From: an uncultured Desulfatitalea sp.
Lineage (GTDB): Bacteria > Desulfobacterota > Desulfobacteria > Desulfobacterales > Desulfosarcinaceae
Reading direction: 5' to 3'
Length of the DNA: 64,000 nucleotides
NCBI GenBank assembly: GCA_963668675.2
Contig: CAXXMB010000002.1
Location: 2,560,001-2,624,000 of the forward strand
Under the pieces are notes generated by a model. It saw only the letters and a program-made list of their open reading frames with translations, was not told the origin of the DNA and made no database searches. The position numbers were made by a program, and so were the translations under genes. This document shows, piece by piece, positions 20,910 to 31,637 of the stretch (position 1 is its first letter; the number at the start of each line of letters is the position of its first letter).

Positions 20910-21741
20910 GACATTATACGATGCATACGGGCAGGAGTTCCGCATCGACGAGATGCTTTTTGAGATCAAAAGCGATCACCAGCATATCGTCATTTTTCAC
21001 AACGCCGCATTCGGCCGGGTACTGGCCTTGGACGGTGTGGTCCAGACCACGGAAAGAGATGAGTTCATCTACCATGAAATGATGACCCATTTGCCCATTC
21101 TGGCTCACGGCAATGCCGAGCGGATTCTGGTCATCGGTGGCGGAGACGGCGGCATCCTGCGCGAGGTGACCCGGCACGCAAACATCCAACATATCACCCA
21201 GGTTGAAATCGACCAGGCGGTTATTGACTTATGTCGCGAGCATCTGCCCAACCACTCCAACGGCGCCTATGATGACCCCCGTGTACGGATTGTTATCGAC
21301 GACGGTCTAGGATGGGTGAGCAACACCCCTGAGAAGTATGATGTCATCATCTGCGATAGTACCGACCCCATCGGACCTGGCGAAGTACTTTTCCAGAAGC
21401 CGTTTTATGCCGCCTGCAAAAAGAGCTTGACCCAGGGCGGCCTCCTGGTCAGTCAAAACGGGGTGGCTTTTATGCAACTGGAAGAAGTTAAACAGACAGC
21501 CCGCAGGATTGCCGGATTGTTTGCCGATTGGCATTTTTATTCGGCGGCAGTGCCGACATACGTTGGCGGCATCATGACCTTTGCCTGGGCCACTGATAAT
21601 CTGTCCATGCGCCAGACCGACATCGATACGATTAAAGCGCGGTTTTCGGCCTCGGGAGTATCAACCCGATATTATACACCCGAGATTCATAAAGCGGCAT
21701 TCGCATTGCCCCAGTATATATTGTCAGCCATCGGGAAGTAA
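20893..21741 (+). CDS. speE: Spermidine synthase
   Basis: LDGVVQTTERDEFIYHE, IGGGDGG and DSTDPIGPG. Confidence 0.95.
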   Translation: MPRFSETLYDAYGQEFRIDEMLFEIKSDHQHIVIFHNAAFGRVLALDGVVQTTERDEFIYHEMMTHLPILAHGNAERILVIGGGDGGILREVTRHANIQHITQVEIDQAVIDLCREHLPNHSNGAYDDPRVRIVIDDGLGWVSNTPEKYDVIICDSTDPIGPGEVLFQKPFYAACKKSLTQGGLLVSQNGVAFMQLEEVKQTARRIAGLFADWHFYSAAVPTYVGGIMTFAWATDNLSMRQTDIDTIKARFSASGVSTRYYTPEIHKAAFALPQYILSAIGK

Positions 21742-21745
21742 AAAG

Positions 21746-22933
21746 ATGAATACCCTTCATTTTTCATCCTACGAAAAGGGCGCATTATACCGGGAACTGG
21801 TGAAGACCCATGGTTCACCATTGCTCCTGTTTGATGCAGATACGGTCAGAAGCCAATATCGAGATCTGGCCCTCGCCTTGCCGGGCGTTTCGTTTTACTA
21901 CGCAATTAAATCGTTGCCCCTCCCGGCCATGTTGTCTCAGCTTGACGGCATGGGGGCATGCTTCGATGTGGCCTCTACCGGCGAGATTGAGTTGATTCGC
22001 CAGTTGAATATTTCAGGCCGGCGCACACTTCACTCCCATCCCATCAAACGGGACAGTGACATCCGGGATGCCCTGCGGTACGGTTGTACGACGTTTGTCG
22101 TCGATAACACAGACGAACTGTTGAAGTTTCTGCCCTACAAACACCGTGTGGGCCTTTTAATACGCCTCAGTTTCCGCAGTGGAGCGGCCGTGGTGGATCT
22201 GTCCAAAAAATTCGGGTGCTCGGTGGAAGAGGCTGCGGATATCATCACCCTGGCAGCCCGTCTGGGCATCCATATCAAGGGCCTCTGTTTTCATGTGGGC
22301 AGCCAATGCAGCGATGCCAGCCGACAGGTTGATGCCATTCACGCCTGTGCCGAGCTGATTCGCCGGCACCATGACACCGGCGCGGCGCCCATGAGCACCC
22401 TGGACATCGGCGGCGGATTTCCCATCGCCTACGACGGCGGTAATGTGGACATTCACGGCTACTGTGCGCCCATCCGTCAGGCTTTGAAAACCCTGCCCAC
22501 CCATGTGAGCGTCATTGCCGAACCGGGGCGCTTTTTCTCAGGTCCGGCCATGACCTGCGTGAGCACCATCGTCGGTAAAGCCATGCGATCGGGTATGCAA
22601 TGGTACTATCTGGATGATGGCGTCTACGGATCTTTCAGTGGCCAGATTTACGACCATGCACGTTATCCGCTCGAGATTTTTTCTGACAATAGCCGCAGGT
22701 TTCCCAGCGTTATCGCAGGGCCGACCTGCGACAGTATCGATCTGATTGCCGAAGATGTCCCACTTCCCCTCCTTCAGATCGGCGACCTGCTGATCGGTCA
22801 TATGATGGGTGCTTACACATCAGCAACGGCGACCCGATTCAACCTTCTAAAGCAAGCGAAGGTTATTCTGCTGGAGCGTGGCAAACCTGCCGCTCTGCCT
22901 GTCATGCATGTGGATTCTGTCGTCGGAAATTAG
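21746..22933 (+). CDS. Fold-type III PLP ornithine/lysine decarboxylase
   Basis: YAIKS, FDVAS, KFG, FHVGSQ, DIGGGF, EPGR and GPTCDSID. Confidence 0.9.
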   Translation: MNTLHFSSYEKGALYRELVKTHGSPLLLFDADTVRSQYRDLALALPGVSFYYAIKSLPLPAMLSQLDGMGACFDVASTGEIELIRQLNISGRRTLHSHPIKRDSDIRDALRYGCTTFVVDNTDELLKFLPYKHRVGLLIRLSFRSGAAVVDLSKKFGCSVEEAADIITLAARLGIHIKGLCFHVGSQCSDASRQVDAIHACAELIRRHHDTGAAPMSTLDIGGGFPIAYDGGNVDIHGYCAPIRQALKTLPTHVSVIAEPGRFFSGPAMTCVSTIVGKAMRSGMQWYYLDDGVYGSFSGQIYDHARYPLEIFSDNSRRFPSVIAGPTCDSIDLIAEDVPLPLLQIGDLLIGHMMGAYTSATATRFNLLKQAKVILLERGKPAALPVMHVDSVVGN

Positions 22934-23202
22934 GCGGCTGCCAGTTAGAGGTCTGATCGGCTCCCAAAAAACACTGTTTTTCGTTTTAACACGATAAGGA
23001 CAGGTGCGTCTGCTCGCGTTCGAAATTCATAGTTTTTCAAAAATGTTTCACAGACGGAATTTCAAGACGCTGGCAAGGTTCACGATATGGTGGTACGAAG
23101 TAATCCGAATCCTCTGTCGGCAGCCGGCGCTTTTCCGGGCATTCGAAGTGCCCATCCGACATGTTGGCGGACCGGGCAACCATCATAAAAAAGGACGGCG
23201 AC

Positions 23203-24153
23203 ATGCACGGCACCAATGAGGCTATCGGGGACCCCACCTATCGAAAGATTGAAAAGAACATCCAAAAGGTGATGCATGGGCAGGACAACGCCATCCGTTT
23301 GGTGATGGCCGGTTTTGCCGGCGGCGGCCACGTCCTGTTGGAGGACAACCCGGGCACTGGAAAAACAACCCTGGCCAAAACCCTGGCCCTCTCCATCGAT
23401 GCACCCTTCAAGCGCATCCAATTTACACCCGATCTGCTGCCGTCCGACATCACAGGCGTCTCCATCTTTGATGCCAAAGCGCGACTCTTCCGACTGCACA
23501 AAGGCCCCATCTTCACCCAGATCCTGCTGGCCGACGAGATCAACCGCGCCTCACCGCGAACCCAGTCGGCCCTGCTCGAAGCCATGGCCGAAAGACAGGT
23601 GAGCATCGACGGCCAATGGTATCAGTTGGACGACCTCTTCTTTGTCATCGCCACCCAGAATCCCATCGAGTCGCATGGCACCTATCCGTTGCCCGAATCG
23701 CAGATGGATCGCTTTACGCTTCAGACCAGCTTGGGGTATGTCTCCACCGAAGAAGAGACACGCATACTGACGTCACAAAGCCGCGGGCATCCCATCGATA
23801 GCGTTGACGCGTGTGTGACCCCGTCGGATGTCCTTTCGTTGAGGCGCCTGATCGACGACGTGCACATCAGCGACGAACTGAAGCACTATATCGTCGAGAT
23901 CGTCAACGCCACCCGGTCATTTCCCGGCGTACTGACGGGCGCAAGCCCAAGGGCCTCCATTGCCTTGATGAAAACCGCAAAGGCGGTGTCACTCTTTGAC
24001 GGGCTCGATTTTGTCACCCCTGACCACATCCAGGAGCTTGCCAGGCCCGTCATCGCCCATCGGCTCGTACTCGAACCCCAGGCCAGGTTTTCGGGAAAGA
24101 CCGCCGGCCGGGTGGTCGAAGAGATCGTGGAGACGATCCGTGTGCCGTCATAG
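23203..24153 (+). CDS. moxR: MoxR-family AAA+ ATPase
   Basis: PGTGKT, RIQFTPDLLPSD, DEINRA and TQNPIE..GTYPLPESQMDRF. Confidence 0.92.
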   Translation: MHGTNEAIGDPTYRKIEKNIQKVMHGQDNAIRLVMAGFAGGGHVLLEDNPGTGKTTLAKTLALSIDAPFKRIQFTPDLLPSDITGVSIFDAKARLFRLHKGPIFTQILLADEINRASPRTQSALLEAMAERQVSIDGQWYQLDDLFFVIATQNPIESHGTYPLPESQMDRFTLQTSLGYVSTEEETRILTSQSRGHPIDSVDACVTPSDVLSLRRLIDDVHISDELKHYIVEIVNATRSFPGVLTGASPRASIALMKTAKAVSLFDGLDFVTPDHIQELARPVIAHRLVLEPQARFSGKTAGRVVEEIVETIRVPS

Positions 24154-24172
24154 CCCGAAGGGATGAAGACGG

Positions 24173-25540
24173 ATGAAGGGGCGGGAGGCAATGAAGCAGT
24201 TCCTGTACAAGAGCTACCGTTTTTTCTATCTCGCTGAACAGTGGCGCCGGCGACATCTCACCCTGCCCGGTCTGATCCTGGTCAACACGGTCGTCATTGT
24301 CGCCATCCTCGGCATGGACACCCACAAGAGCATGATCTATCAGGCCTTTACATGGGGGGCGGCCCTTTTGCTTCTCTCGTTCCTATGGACCAGGCGTCTC
24401 CGGCGGCTCTCGATCACGGCGATCCGGAAACTGCCCCCCTATGCGATGGTCGGCCACGAGCTTGTCTACCGTATCACGATCGAAAACCGTTCCGGTAAAC
24501 ACCAGGCCGGCCTGAGCCTCTATGAAAACACAACCGACCCGCGCCCCGCGCTGGAAGAGCTCATGCGGGCCAGAGAACCAGGCGAAGCGGCGCGCAACAT
24601 CTGGGATCGAAAAATACTCTATTATCGATGGCTGTGGCTCATCGACCGCAACCGCAACATCGATGACCGGCCCCACGCCATTGCCCATCTTGCGCAAAAC
24701 GGCAGGGCCGAAACGCAAGTCGCGGTGACCCCCAAAAGGCGCGGCTATATCTACTTTACCGGTATCGATATCGCCCGCTCAGATCCCTTGGGCCTGTTCA
24801 ACACCCTGTTCACGGTTCCGGTCCGACAAAAGGTGCTCGTTTTGCCGAAGCAGTACCGGCTGCCCCCCATTCGTCTGCCGGGCGCCAGAAGATATCACTC
24901 GGGGAGCGTGAACCGTGCATCTTCCGTCGGCAACCAGGATGAATTCATCTCGCTGCGGGACTATCGCCCCGGCGATGCCATGCGCCATATTCACTGGCGC
25001 AGCACGGCCAAGCGAAACGAGCCGATCATAAAGGAGTATCAGGACGAATACTTCGTGCGCCATGCACTGATTCTCGACACCTTCAGCAATCAAACCTGCA
25101 GCGACACCTTTGAAGAGGCCGTATCCGTGGCCGCCTCTTTTGTGGGCAGCCTGCAAACGCAAGAGTCGTTCATGGACCTCCTCTTCGTAGGCGATCGCCC
25201 CTATCGCTTCTCTGCCGGCAGGGGCATCTCCTCGGCCAACAGCATGCTGGAGATACTGGCGGCGGTGCAGACTTGTACGGACAAAGCCTTTGACACCCTG
25301 GCACCGGTTCTATTCCAGCACGTCCATCTGTTCAGCAGTTGCATCTGCATCCTTTTGGGCTGGGACGACCGCCGGCAGGCATTGATCCGGGATCTCAGAG
25401 CGATGAAGATTCCCTTGTGGGCCATCGTCATCGTGGATGAAGATCGATCAACGCAGATCGACCCCGGTCCCATGCGGGATCAGCCGGACAACCTCTTTGC
25501 CCTGGAGGTCGGTCGGATCGAAGCGGGGATGGCCGGATGA
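24173..25540 (+). CDS. DUF58 domain membrane protein
   Basis: N-terminal TM helices and LRDYRPGD..RHIHWRSTAK; follows moxR. Confidence 0.88.
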   Translation: MKGREAMKQFLYKSYRFFYLAEQWRRRHLTLPGLILVNTVVIVAILGMDTHKSMIYQAFTWGAALLLLSFLWTRRLRRLSITAIRKLPPYAMVGHELVYRITIENRSGKHQAGLSLYENTTDPRPALEELMRAREPGEAARNIWDRKILYYRWLWLIDRNRNIDDRPHAIAHLAQNGRAETQVAVTPKRRGYIYFTGIDIARSDPLGLFNTLFTVPVRQKVLVLPKQYRLPPIRLPGARRYHSGSVNRASSVGNQDEFISLRDYRPGDAMRHIHWRSTAKRNEPIIKEYQDEYFVRHALILDTFSNQTCSDTFEEAVSVAASFVGSLQTQESFMDLLFVGDRPYRFSAGRGISSANSMLEILAAVQTCTDKAFDTLAPVLFQHVHLFSSCICILLGWDDRRQALIRDLRAMKIPLWAIVIVDEDRSTQIDPGPMRDQPDNLFALEVGRIEAGMAG

Positions 25541-27552
25541 GAAGGACGCCGCCATTCCTGACGAGCGCATGCATTCTGCTCTGGGGTGTTCAGAGCGGTT
25601 GGTTGATTCCGGCAGTGGCCATGGCCGCCGTCCTGGCGGGTTCCCGCTTCATAAAAACACGCTGGGTCTTCAGCAGCGCCCATATCGCCCGGGCATCGGA
25701 TCTTTGTGCCCTGCTTCTCGTATCGGTCGCCGCCATTGCCTTCCGCCAGGAGCCGAGCCGCTTGGTCCTCTCCATCGTTCCATGGCTGCCCCTCGTCCTC
25801 TACCCTTTGATCCTTGTGCAGCAATACAGTCAATCGGATCGGATCGATGCCGCCCAACTGTTCCTGCTGGTGCGAAGGAGAAAGGGCCGGCGACGGCCGA
25901 AACGGTTGCATGTCAATCTGTCCTACCCCTATGCCATTGTCTGTATCGTTTCAGCAGCCGGTGCCGGTGCAGCCAACCGCTGGTTCTTTTTCAGCCTGAT
26001 CGTGTTGACCGCCTGGGCTCTGTGGCCGTTGAGGACTCAACGATATGGGGTTACCGCCTGGATTGCCATCCTTCTGGTCGGCGGCGCGGTGGGCTATGCC
26101 GGCCATCGGGGATTGAACCGGCTGCAAACCCATATCACCGACCTGGCCATCGCCTTCTTCATGGAAGATAACGACCCGTCAATGCGCATCACCGCCATCG
26201 GCGAAGTGGGGCGGCTCAAACTGTCAGACCGCATTCAATTCAGGATATCGCCCGGAGGGAACGCCCGTTTCCCCATGCTTTTGCGCCAGGCCTGCTACAC
26301 GGCCTACGATCGTTCTACATGGTATGCGACACACTCCGGATTCGATCGCTTAATGCCCGATAACAACGCGGCCGCATCCTGGCAGTTGGATGACGAACCG
26401 GAGGCCTGCAGCACCATCCAAATGGCCATGTACATACCCCGGGGCAAAAGCCTGTTAAATTTGCCCGGCGGCGCATTCAGGCTGAGCCGTCTCGATGTCG
26501 CAACGGTGGAGCGCAACCCGTTGGGCGCCGTCATGGTCGACGCTAAAGCAGGCCTGACGAATTTTACCGCTGATTATGACCCGATCCAATTGCACAGCCG
26601 AGCGCCGGATGAAACCGATCTCTCCATTCCGAATGACGAAACGGCAACGATACAACAGATCACCGCCGCTCTAAACCTCCCCAACCGATCCGAAAGGGAG
26701 GCGGTTGCCAAGATCCGATCCTATTTCGCCGACCATTTCACCTACTCGCTGGACCTGGTTCGGCACGCACCGGATAAAACCGACCTGGCCGGCTTTCTGC
26801 GCGATACGCGTTCAGGCCACTGCGAATACTTTGCCACGGCAACCGTACTGCTGTTGCGTGCCGCAGGCATTCCGGCCAGATATGTATCGGGATTTATGGC
26901 CTGGGAGTACAGTGACCTGGAAAAGAGGGTCGTCGTCCGTCACAGCCACGCCCATGCCTGGGCCATGGCTTACCTATCTGAAGGGAGGGCTGACGGGCGG
27001 ACGGCCGGTCGATGGGTCAATATCGACACCACACCGCCCGATTGGACCGCCATAGAGGCCGAATCGGCATCCGATTTACTGATGATCTCGGATTTTTTTT
27101 CCTACCTGCGATTCAAATTTTCCACCTGGCGGCAGCAGGTCACGAAAAAGGAGATGATCATCTATCTGGTCATTGTGCTGTTCGTCTTGCTAACGATTTT
27201 TCTAAGAAGACTGGCCGGGGCAAAATCGGTCCGGCGCGTTCAACACGAAGGGAAAAGGGGGAGCAGTAAAAACACGACCTCCTTTCGAACTACCGATTTC
27301 AGCAAAATTGAACAGTGGCTCAATGGCAAGGGATTGAACAAAGGACCGGGCGAGACACTCTACGCATGGGTTAATCGATTGGAAAAGATTGCGCCGGCCA
27401 CCTTTGACTGGAACATGATCCAGCCTATTTTAGCCTTGCACTACCAGCATCGTTACAGTGCAGACGGTTTAAGTTCAGATGGCCGGGAGAAATTGTCCCG
27501 GGCCGTTGAAGCGGTTTTGGAACACAATAGGCGTCTAACGCAGAAGCAATAA
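25537..27552 (+). CDS. Membrane transglutaminase-like protein (TgpA-type)
   Basis: Multiple TM helices, GHCEYFATA..LLLRAAGIPARYVSG, HAW and D-T-T-P triad motifs. Confidence 0.88.
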   Translation: MRRTPPFLTSACILLWGVQSGWLIPAVAMAAVLAGSRFIKTRWVFSSAHIARASDLCALLLVSVAAIAFRQEPSRLVLSIVPWLPLVLYPLILVQQYSQSDRIDAAQLFLLVRRRKGRRRPKRLHVNLSYPYAIVCIVSAAGAGAANRWFFFSLIVLTAWALWPLRTQRYGVTAWIAILLVGGAVGYAGHRGLNRLQTHITDLAIAFFMEDNDPSMRITAIGEVGRLKLSDRIQFRISPGGNARFPMLLRQACYTAYDRSTWYATHSGFDRLMPDNNAAASWQLDDEPEACSTIQMAMYIPRGKSLLNLPGGAFRLSRLDVATVERNPLGAVMVDAKAGLTNFTADYDPIQLHSRAPDETDLSIPNDETATIQQITAALNLPNRSEREAVAKIRSYFADHFTYSLDLVRHAPDKTDLAGFLRDTRSGHCEYFATATVLLLRAAGIPARYVSGFMAWEYSDLEKRVVVRHSHAHAWAMAYLSEGRADGRTAGRWVNIDTTPPDWTAIEAESASDLLMISDFFSYLRFKFSTWRQQVTKKEMIIYLVIVLFVLLTIFLRRLAGAKSVRRVQHEGKRGSSKNTTSFRTTDFSKIEQWLNGKGLNKGPGETLYAWVNRLEKIAPATFDWNMIQPILALHYQHRYSADGLSSDGREKLSRAVEAVLEHNRRLTQKQ

Positions 27553-27567
27553 GACGCTAAACGCTTT

Positions 27568-28020
27568 TTACGCTATTCTTTTGGCATGCGCATAGATCAT
27601 ATCATTGGATGCACCTGCCCCACATTCCGCTTTAATCACAATGGTTTTTTCCAATGGTACGGTTATAATGCATAGGGCACTGGCCTCTTGTTTGTCCAAG
27701 GGGCGAAACGGGGAACCCGGCTCTGTGTGCAGGAAAAAATCACCTTGGACCACGCCACAGCTTGGGCATGTGTTCGCGTAATAGTACGATTCTATTGCCT
27801 TTGAATAAGCGTATTTAAACGAAGGGACACGGCTTTGTATAAAAGCCAATATCTCATTTGGCAATTTTAGTATGTTTGATAAGATGCAGATGTCGTGACT
27901 GTTTTCGTTTGTATTGGCAGCAAGTAGGGCAACCAGAGGAATTTTAGTTTCACATTGCCAGCACGGCCAGTCCGTAGTTAACAAATAGAGCGGTGGATTA
28001 ATTTTTAGCTTATTTGCCAT
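27568..28020 (-). CDS. Hypothetical protein with two CxxC pairs
   Basis: 150-aa ORF with GGAGG RBS, CWQC and ANTCPSCG..QGDFFL. Confidence 0.65.
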   Translation of the reverse strand: MANKLKINPPLYLLTTDWPCWQCETKIPLVALLAANTNENSHDICILSNILKLPNEILAFIQSRVPSFKYAYSKAIESYYYANTCPSCGVVQGDFFLHTEPGSPFRPLDKQEASALCIITVPLEKTIVIKAECGAGASNDMIYAHAKRIA

Positions 28021-28225
28021 TGAAACACCCTCCCTGGTTGAGGTCGTGTTACATGTATGTTTTCTGATCTTATAGCATTCCCCTTACGAAATGTTAGCTA
28101 AATCATAGTCTTCATATTACCCAAATTCGCTCATCAACCCAGTTCAAGTCAAATCATACTATAAACCGCTTGATCACAATAATGCCAGCACGATTCACAA
28201 AACAAAAAACCCGAAACGGCAACTG

Positions 28226-28461
28226 TGTCAACGGTCGTTTAAAACTGAGCCATTTTCGGTCGTGAGAATTGAGCCACACCTATTCATTTGCTAAATCTCA
28301 ATTGGCAAGTCAGTCCTCTTTTTCCCTCTCAAGCGATAACTGTTGGCCTTGATGTTGATCACCGCACTATGGTGAAGCCACCTGTCGAGTATCGCGCATA
28401 CAATAATGGGGTCTTAGTAATTCGGCCCAATCGGAAAAGGCCTTTTTTGAAGTGATCACCG
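28226..28461 (-). mobile_element. IS21-family terminal remnant (IR with repeats plus frameshifted istB 3' end)
   Basis: End TGTCAACGGTCG with two CGGTCG...TGAGCCA repeats. The minus strand gives ITSKKAFSDWAELL / DPIIVCAILDRWLHHSAVINIKANSYRL, an IstB C-terminus. Confidence 0.75.
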
Positions 28462-28726
28462 GTTTCGGAGTCTTGAACGTTGTTCCTTTCAACAGCGACC
28501 AGAACAATCGTTTTACATTCAGCCCCACGGCCACGTTTGCCGGACTTTTTGCCGCCGATGAAAAACTCATCGACTTCGACACGGTCAGATAGTTTTTCGC
28601 GACCATTGCGAATGGTGCAACGCCTCAATTTTTGGAGCCAGGTCCATGCTGTGTGGTAACTGCCGAGGCCGAGCAGTTCCTTTAGATTGACTGCATTGAC
28701 CCCAGCTGTACGAGTTGTAAACCACA
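28462..28726 (-). pseudogene. Internal fragment of an IS1595-family transposase
   Basis: NLKELLGLGSYHTAWTWLQKLRRCTIR..VEVDEFFIGGKKSGKRGRG, homologous to 32911-33867. Confidence 0.8.
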
Positions 28727-29017
28727 GTTAATATAATTGATCATATATAACCAATGGCCAAATATAACCTCATTTATATGGCAGTAAGTGGCCGCCCCGG
28801 AAATGCCCTGCAAGCAAGTTTTGTTTAAGAATCAGAACAATGTGCGACATTATGCTAAGCATTGGAATGCCTGGCACGAAAATTGAGTTAAAAGTAGTAA
28901 ACACCGGCACAAAAATTCACGTTGAATGCCGCTACGCATGCTGGGGTCCATGAGAAAGAAGGAAAAGGTAACAAAGGGATTATTTCAATCAAACCATAAA
29001 CTCACAGGAGAGATATC

Positions 29018-29197
29018 ATGAAATCAGGGACAAGGGACGAAGCAGAGGGAAAATTGCACCAGGCAAAGGGAAAGATCAAAGAAATCGTTGGAAAGGTCAG
29101 TAGGGATCCAGACCTGAAAGCAGCAGGAAAGGATGAAAATTTGGACGGTAAAGTTCAAGAAAAGGTCGGTCAGGTGAAAAAGATCGTTGGCAATTAG
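29018..29197 (+). CDS. CsbD-family stress protein (59 aa, below the ORF-track cutoff)
   Basis: AGGAG RBS; MKSGTRDEAEGKLHQAKGKIKEIVGK...GKVQEKVGQVK. Confidence 0.85.
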   Translation: MKSGTRDEAEGKLHQAKGKIKEIVGKVSRDPDLKAAGKDENLDGKVQEKVGQVKKIVGN

Positions 29198-29288
29198 TAC
29201 AATGTCTTATGTGCTGGCACCCTATTACATAAGATGCAGCGCATACATCAAAACCGCGATTTCGGACGGCTAAAGAAAGGAGTCCAAC

Positions 29289-29438
29289 ATGCTTTGGACC
29301 ATATTTGTAGTTCTTTTAGTTCTGTGGGCACTGGGATTGTTAACCGGCTACACGATGGGCGGCGTCATTCATGCCCTGCTGGTAATCGCCATCATCGTGG
29401 TGCTGGTACAGGTTTTTCAAGGGCGAAGACACGCGTAA
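29289..29438 (+). CDS. lmo0937-family small membrane protein (49 aa)
   Basis: AAGGAG RBS; MLWTIFVVLLVLWALGLLTGYTMGGVIHALLVIAIIVVL. Confidence 0.82.
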   Translation: MLWTIFVVLLVLWALGLLTGYTMGGVIHALLVIAIIVVLVQVFQGRRHA

Positions 29439-29613
29439 CCCTCTGGACCTTCGTCAGACAAAGCGAAGTATTCACAAAAAAGGAGTAACTGCTATGAAAA
29501 AGAGAAGTGGGCTTATTGGCTCTCTCCAAGAGATTCATATCGGGAGGTGAAAGACTTGGTAGGAGCTCCGGGGGGTATGCTATTATGATAACTGATGAAG
29601 AAAAGGAGGAACC

Positions 29614-29823
29614 ATGATTCTTAAAAAATTAATCGCAATGATCATTCTAAGTTTTTCCATATTTGCATTTACCGCATGTGATTCCAAAGGGCCTGCGGAA
29701 AAAGCCGGTGAAAAAATTGATCAGACCATGGAAAAAGCGTCCGATAAAGCCAAGGAGGCAACCGATGCTGTAAAGGATAAAGCCGAAGAAGTCGGAGAAG
29801 CGGTCAAAAAGACAACTCAGTGA
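29614..29823 (+). CDS. Small Lys/Ala-rich lipoprotein
   Basis: AGGAGG RBS, lipobox FTAC and GPAEKAGEKID. Confidence 0.8.
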   Translation: MILKKLIAMIILSFSIFAFTACDSKGPAEKAGEKIDQTMEKASDKAKEATDAVKDKAEEVGEAVKKTTQ

Positions 29824-29895
29824 AACTAAGCTTTCGGGAGAATGAATCATGTTTTTTAAGGAGCCTGTAGTTAGCTTTATAAAAGGGGAATCAAA

Positions 29896-30543
29896 ATGAA
29901 ACCATCATATCTATCGATTGTATTTATCTTTGGAATGCTCATCACAGCCGTTATAAGCATCATAAACTGTTCTACGACGGGCATTCAACGCTCAAGAGAA
30001 GCAACAACAACGATGACAGCTATGGACAACGGGATAAAACTGCTTGTCGTTCAGCTGGATGCCACCGGGGCGTCTCTTAATGAACTTACAAAACCAGATA
30101 ACTCGGATGTGGAGAAGGCTTTCTATTTATTTAAGGACAATGTTTCAAAAATTGAAAATATGGAGAAGGACTTCGCCAAACACGCCGATGAAATGAATGC
30201 TCGGGGCAAGGACTATTTCGAAGAATGGGAAAAGGAAGGCGACAATTATAAAAACCCCCGTATACAGGCATTAAGTGACGAGCGACGCAGCAAACTCGTC
30301 GGAATATATGGAGATATAGCCACAACCAGCATAGGGGTGAGGGACCATTTCAAAACTTATGTGTCCGATCTTAAAGAAATTGAGAAATACCTTTCGAACG
30401 ACTTGACACCAAAAGGCATCGAGTCCATTGCACCGATATCCGGGAAAGTCGTTCATGACGGAGGCAAACTGAAATCTGAAATCCAGGACATTCAAATAGC
30501 GATACAAAAGGTAAGAATTGAAATGTCTCAAACGGCCAATTAA
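29896..30543 (+). CDS. Helical lipoprotein (DUF2959-like)
   Basis: Signal peptide with Cys; YFEEWEKE..Y.NP and LSNDLTPKGI. Confidence 0.7.
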   Translation: MKPSYLSIVFIFGMLITAVISIINCSTTGIQRSREATTTMTAMDNGIKLLVVQLDATGASLNELTKPDNSDVEKAFYLFKDNVSKIENMEKDFAKHADEMNARGKDYFEEWEKEGDNYKNPRIQALSDERRSKLVGIYGDIATTSIGVRDHFKTYVSDLKEIEKYLSNDLTPKGIESIAPISGKVVHDGGKLKSEIQDIQIAIQKVRIEMSQTAN

Positions 30544-30783
30544 AATCTAAACCGCGTGTGAAAGAGAGCACAAGATACGCAAAAAATGTTGCTACAAAAG
30601 TGCCTGTTGAGCCAATGAGTAGATTCACTGCAAATAGACCTCTTCGAACAACCAGGAAAAAAGAGGGAGCACCGAGGCCAAAGGATCCACCAAAGGTAGG
30701 GGGCTTCCCTACCTCTCCACCACCCCCCGTTGATTGCGGCTGATAGCTCCAAAAGCGGCTGACAGTGTAAAGGGCAAGCAGCG

Positions 30784-31053
30784 CTACGCGCTGTCGACTT
30801 CGTCGACCTTTGACACCGCCGCTTTTTCCGCTATTTGATCAGCCACAACGGGGGATGGCTCCGAAGGCAGGGAAGGCGAGCGCCCTTTTTTCTTAAAAAT
30901 TCTGTAACCCAATGAAAAACATACAGCCGCTAACGGTCGATGTGTCATTCCTAAAGTTTCAGCTTTGTTTCGGAATGCATTAACAAATTCAGTGGGTATC
31001 GCCGTGATAATTTCCTTATTTTTCAACACCTTAATCTCTTTCCATAGTTCCAT
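30784..31053 (-). CDS. Hypothetical protein
   Basis: 89-aa ORF overlapping the upstream ORF; no motif recognised. Confidence 0.45.
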   Translation of the reverse strand: MELWKEIKVLKNKEIITAIPTEFVNAFRNKAETLGMTHRPLAAVCFSLGYRIFKKKGRSPSLPSEPSPVVADQIAEKAAVSKVDEVDSA

Positions 31054-31273
31054 GTTCAGGCGGATAAAAAACGGTATTTCTTGGCCTGGAGTACATCCCT
31101 CCTCTTTGCCTGTGATAAAGAAGGTCTGACTTTTTCCATCCCTTTAATACAAGCTCCTCGATAAGCTCATCTGTTAAAGGTTCTGTGCCTTCACCAAGAA
31201 AAAGCTGCCTGGTCGATTTTCGAAGAGGCATGTTCCATTTCTTTTGTAGTCTGCCTGGGAATCTCTTTGTCAT
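31031..31273 (-). CDS. Hypothetical protein
   Basis: 80-aa ORF with AAGGAG RBS. Confidence 0.5.
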   Translation of the reverse strand: MTKRFPGRLQKKWNMPLRKSTRQLFLGEGTEPLTDELIEELVLKGWKKSDLLYHRQRGGMYSRPRNTVFYPPEHGTMERD

Positions 31274-31413
31274 TTCAAATCTCCTTTTTAAGGTTGATAG
31301 GCGATGCTTTTAGGACAAATCCTCAAGCAAGGCCCGCAAACAAAAAAAAGGCCCACAATGGCAAGATGCCTTTGTGAGCCTTTCAATATATTGATTTTTT
31401 TATAGTTTTTTAC

Positions 31414-31461
<48 letters not shown>

Positions 31462-31637
31462 AAATCTATTAATTTTCACCTCATTTCAGATCATCTCAAA
31501 TATAACGAAAAATATTGACAATACGATATAAAAAACCTAATAATCATTGCATATTCTTTCACATGATTTCACCTTTATTTAGGCCCATCTGGCCCCCTAA
31601 GTGGCCCCCCTGGAAATCTAATAGGAGGTAATAATTC

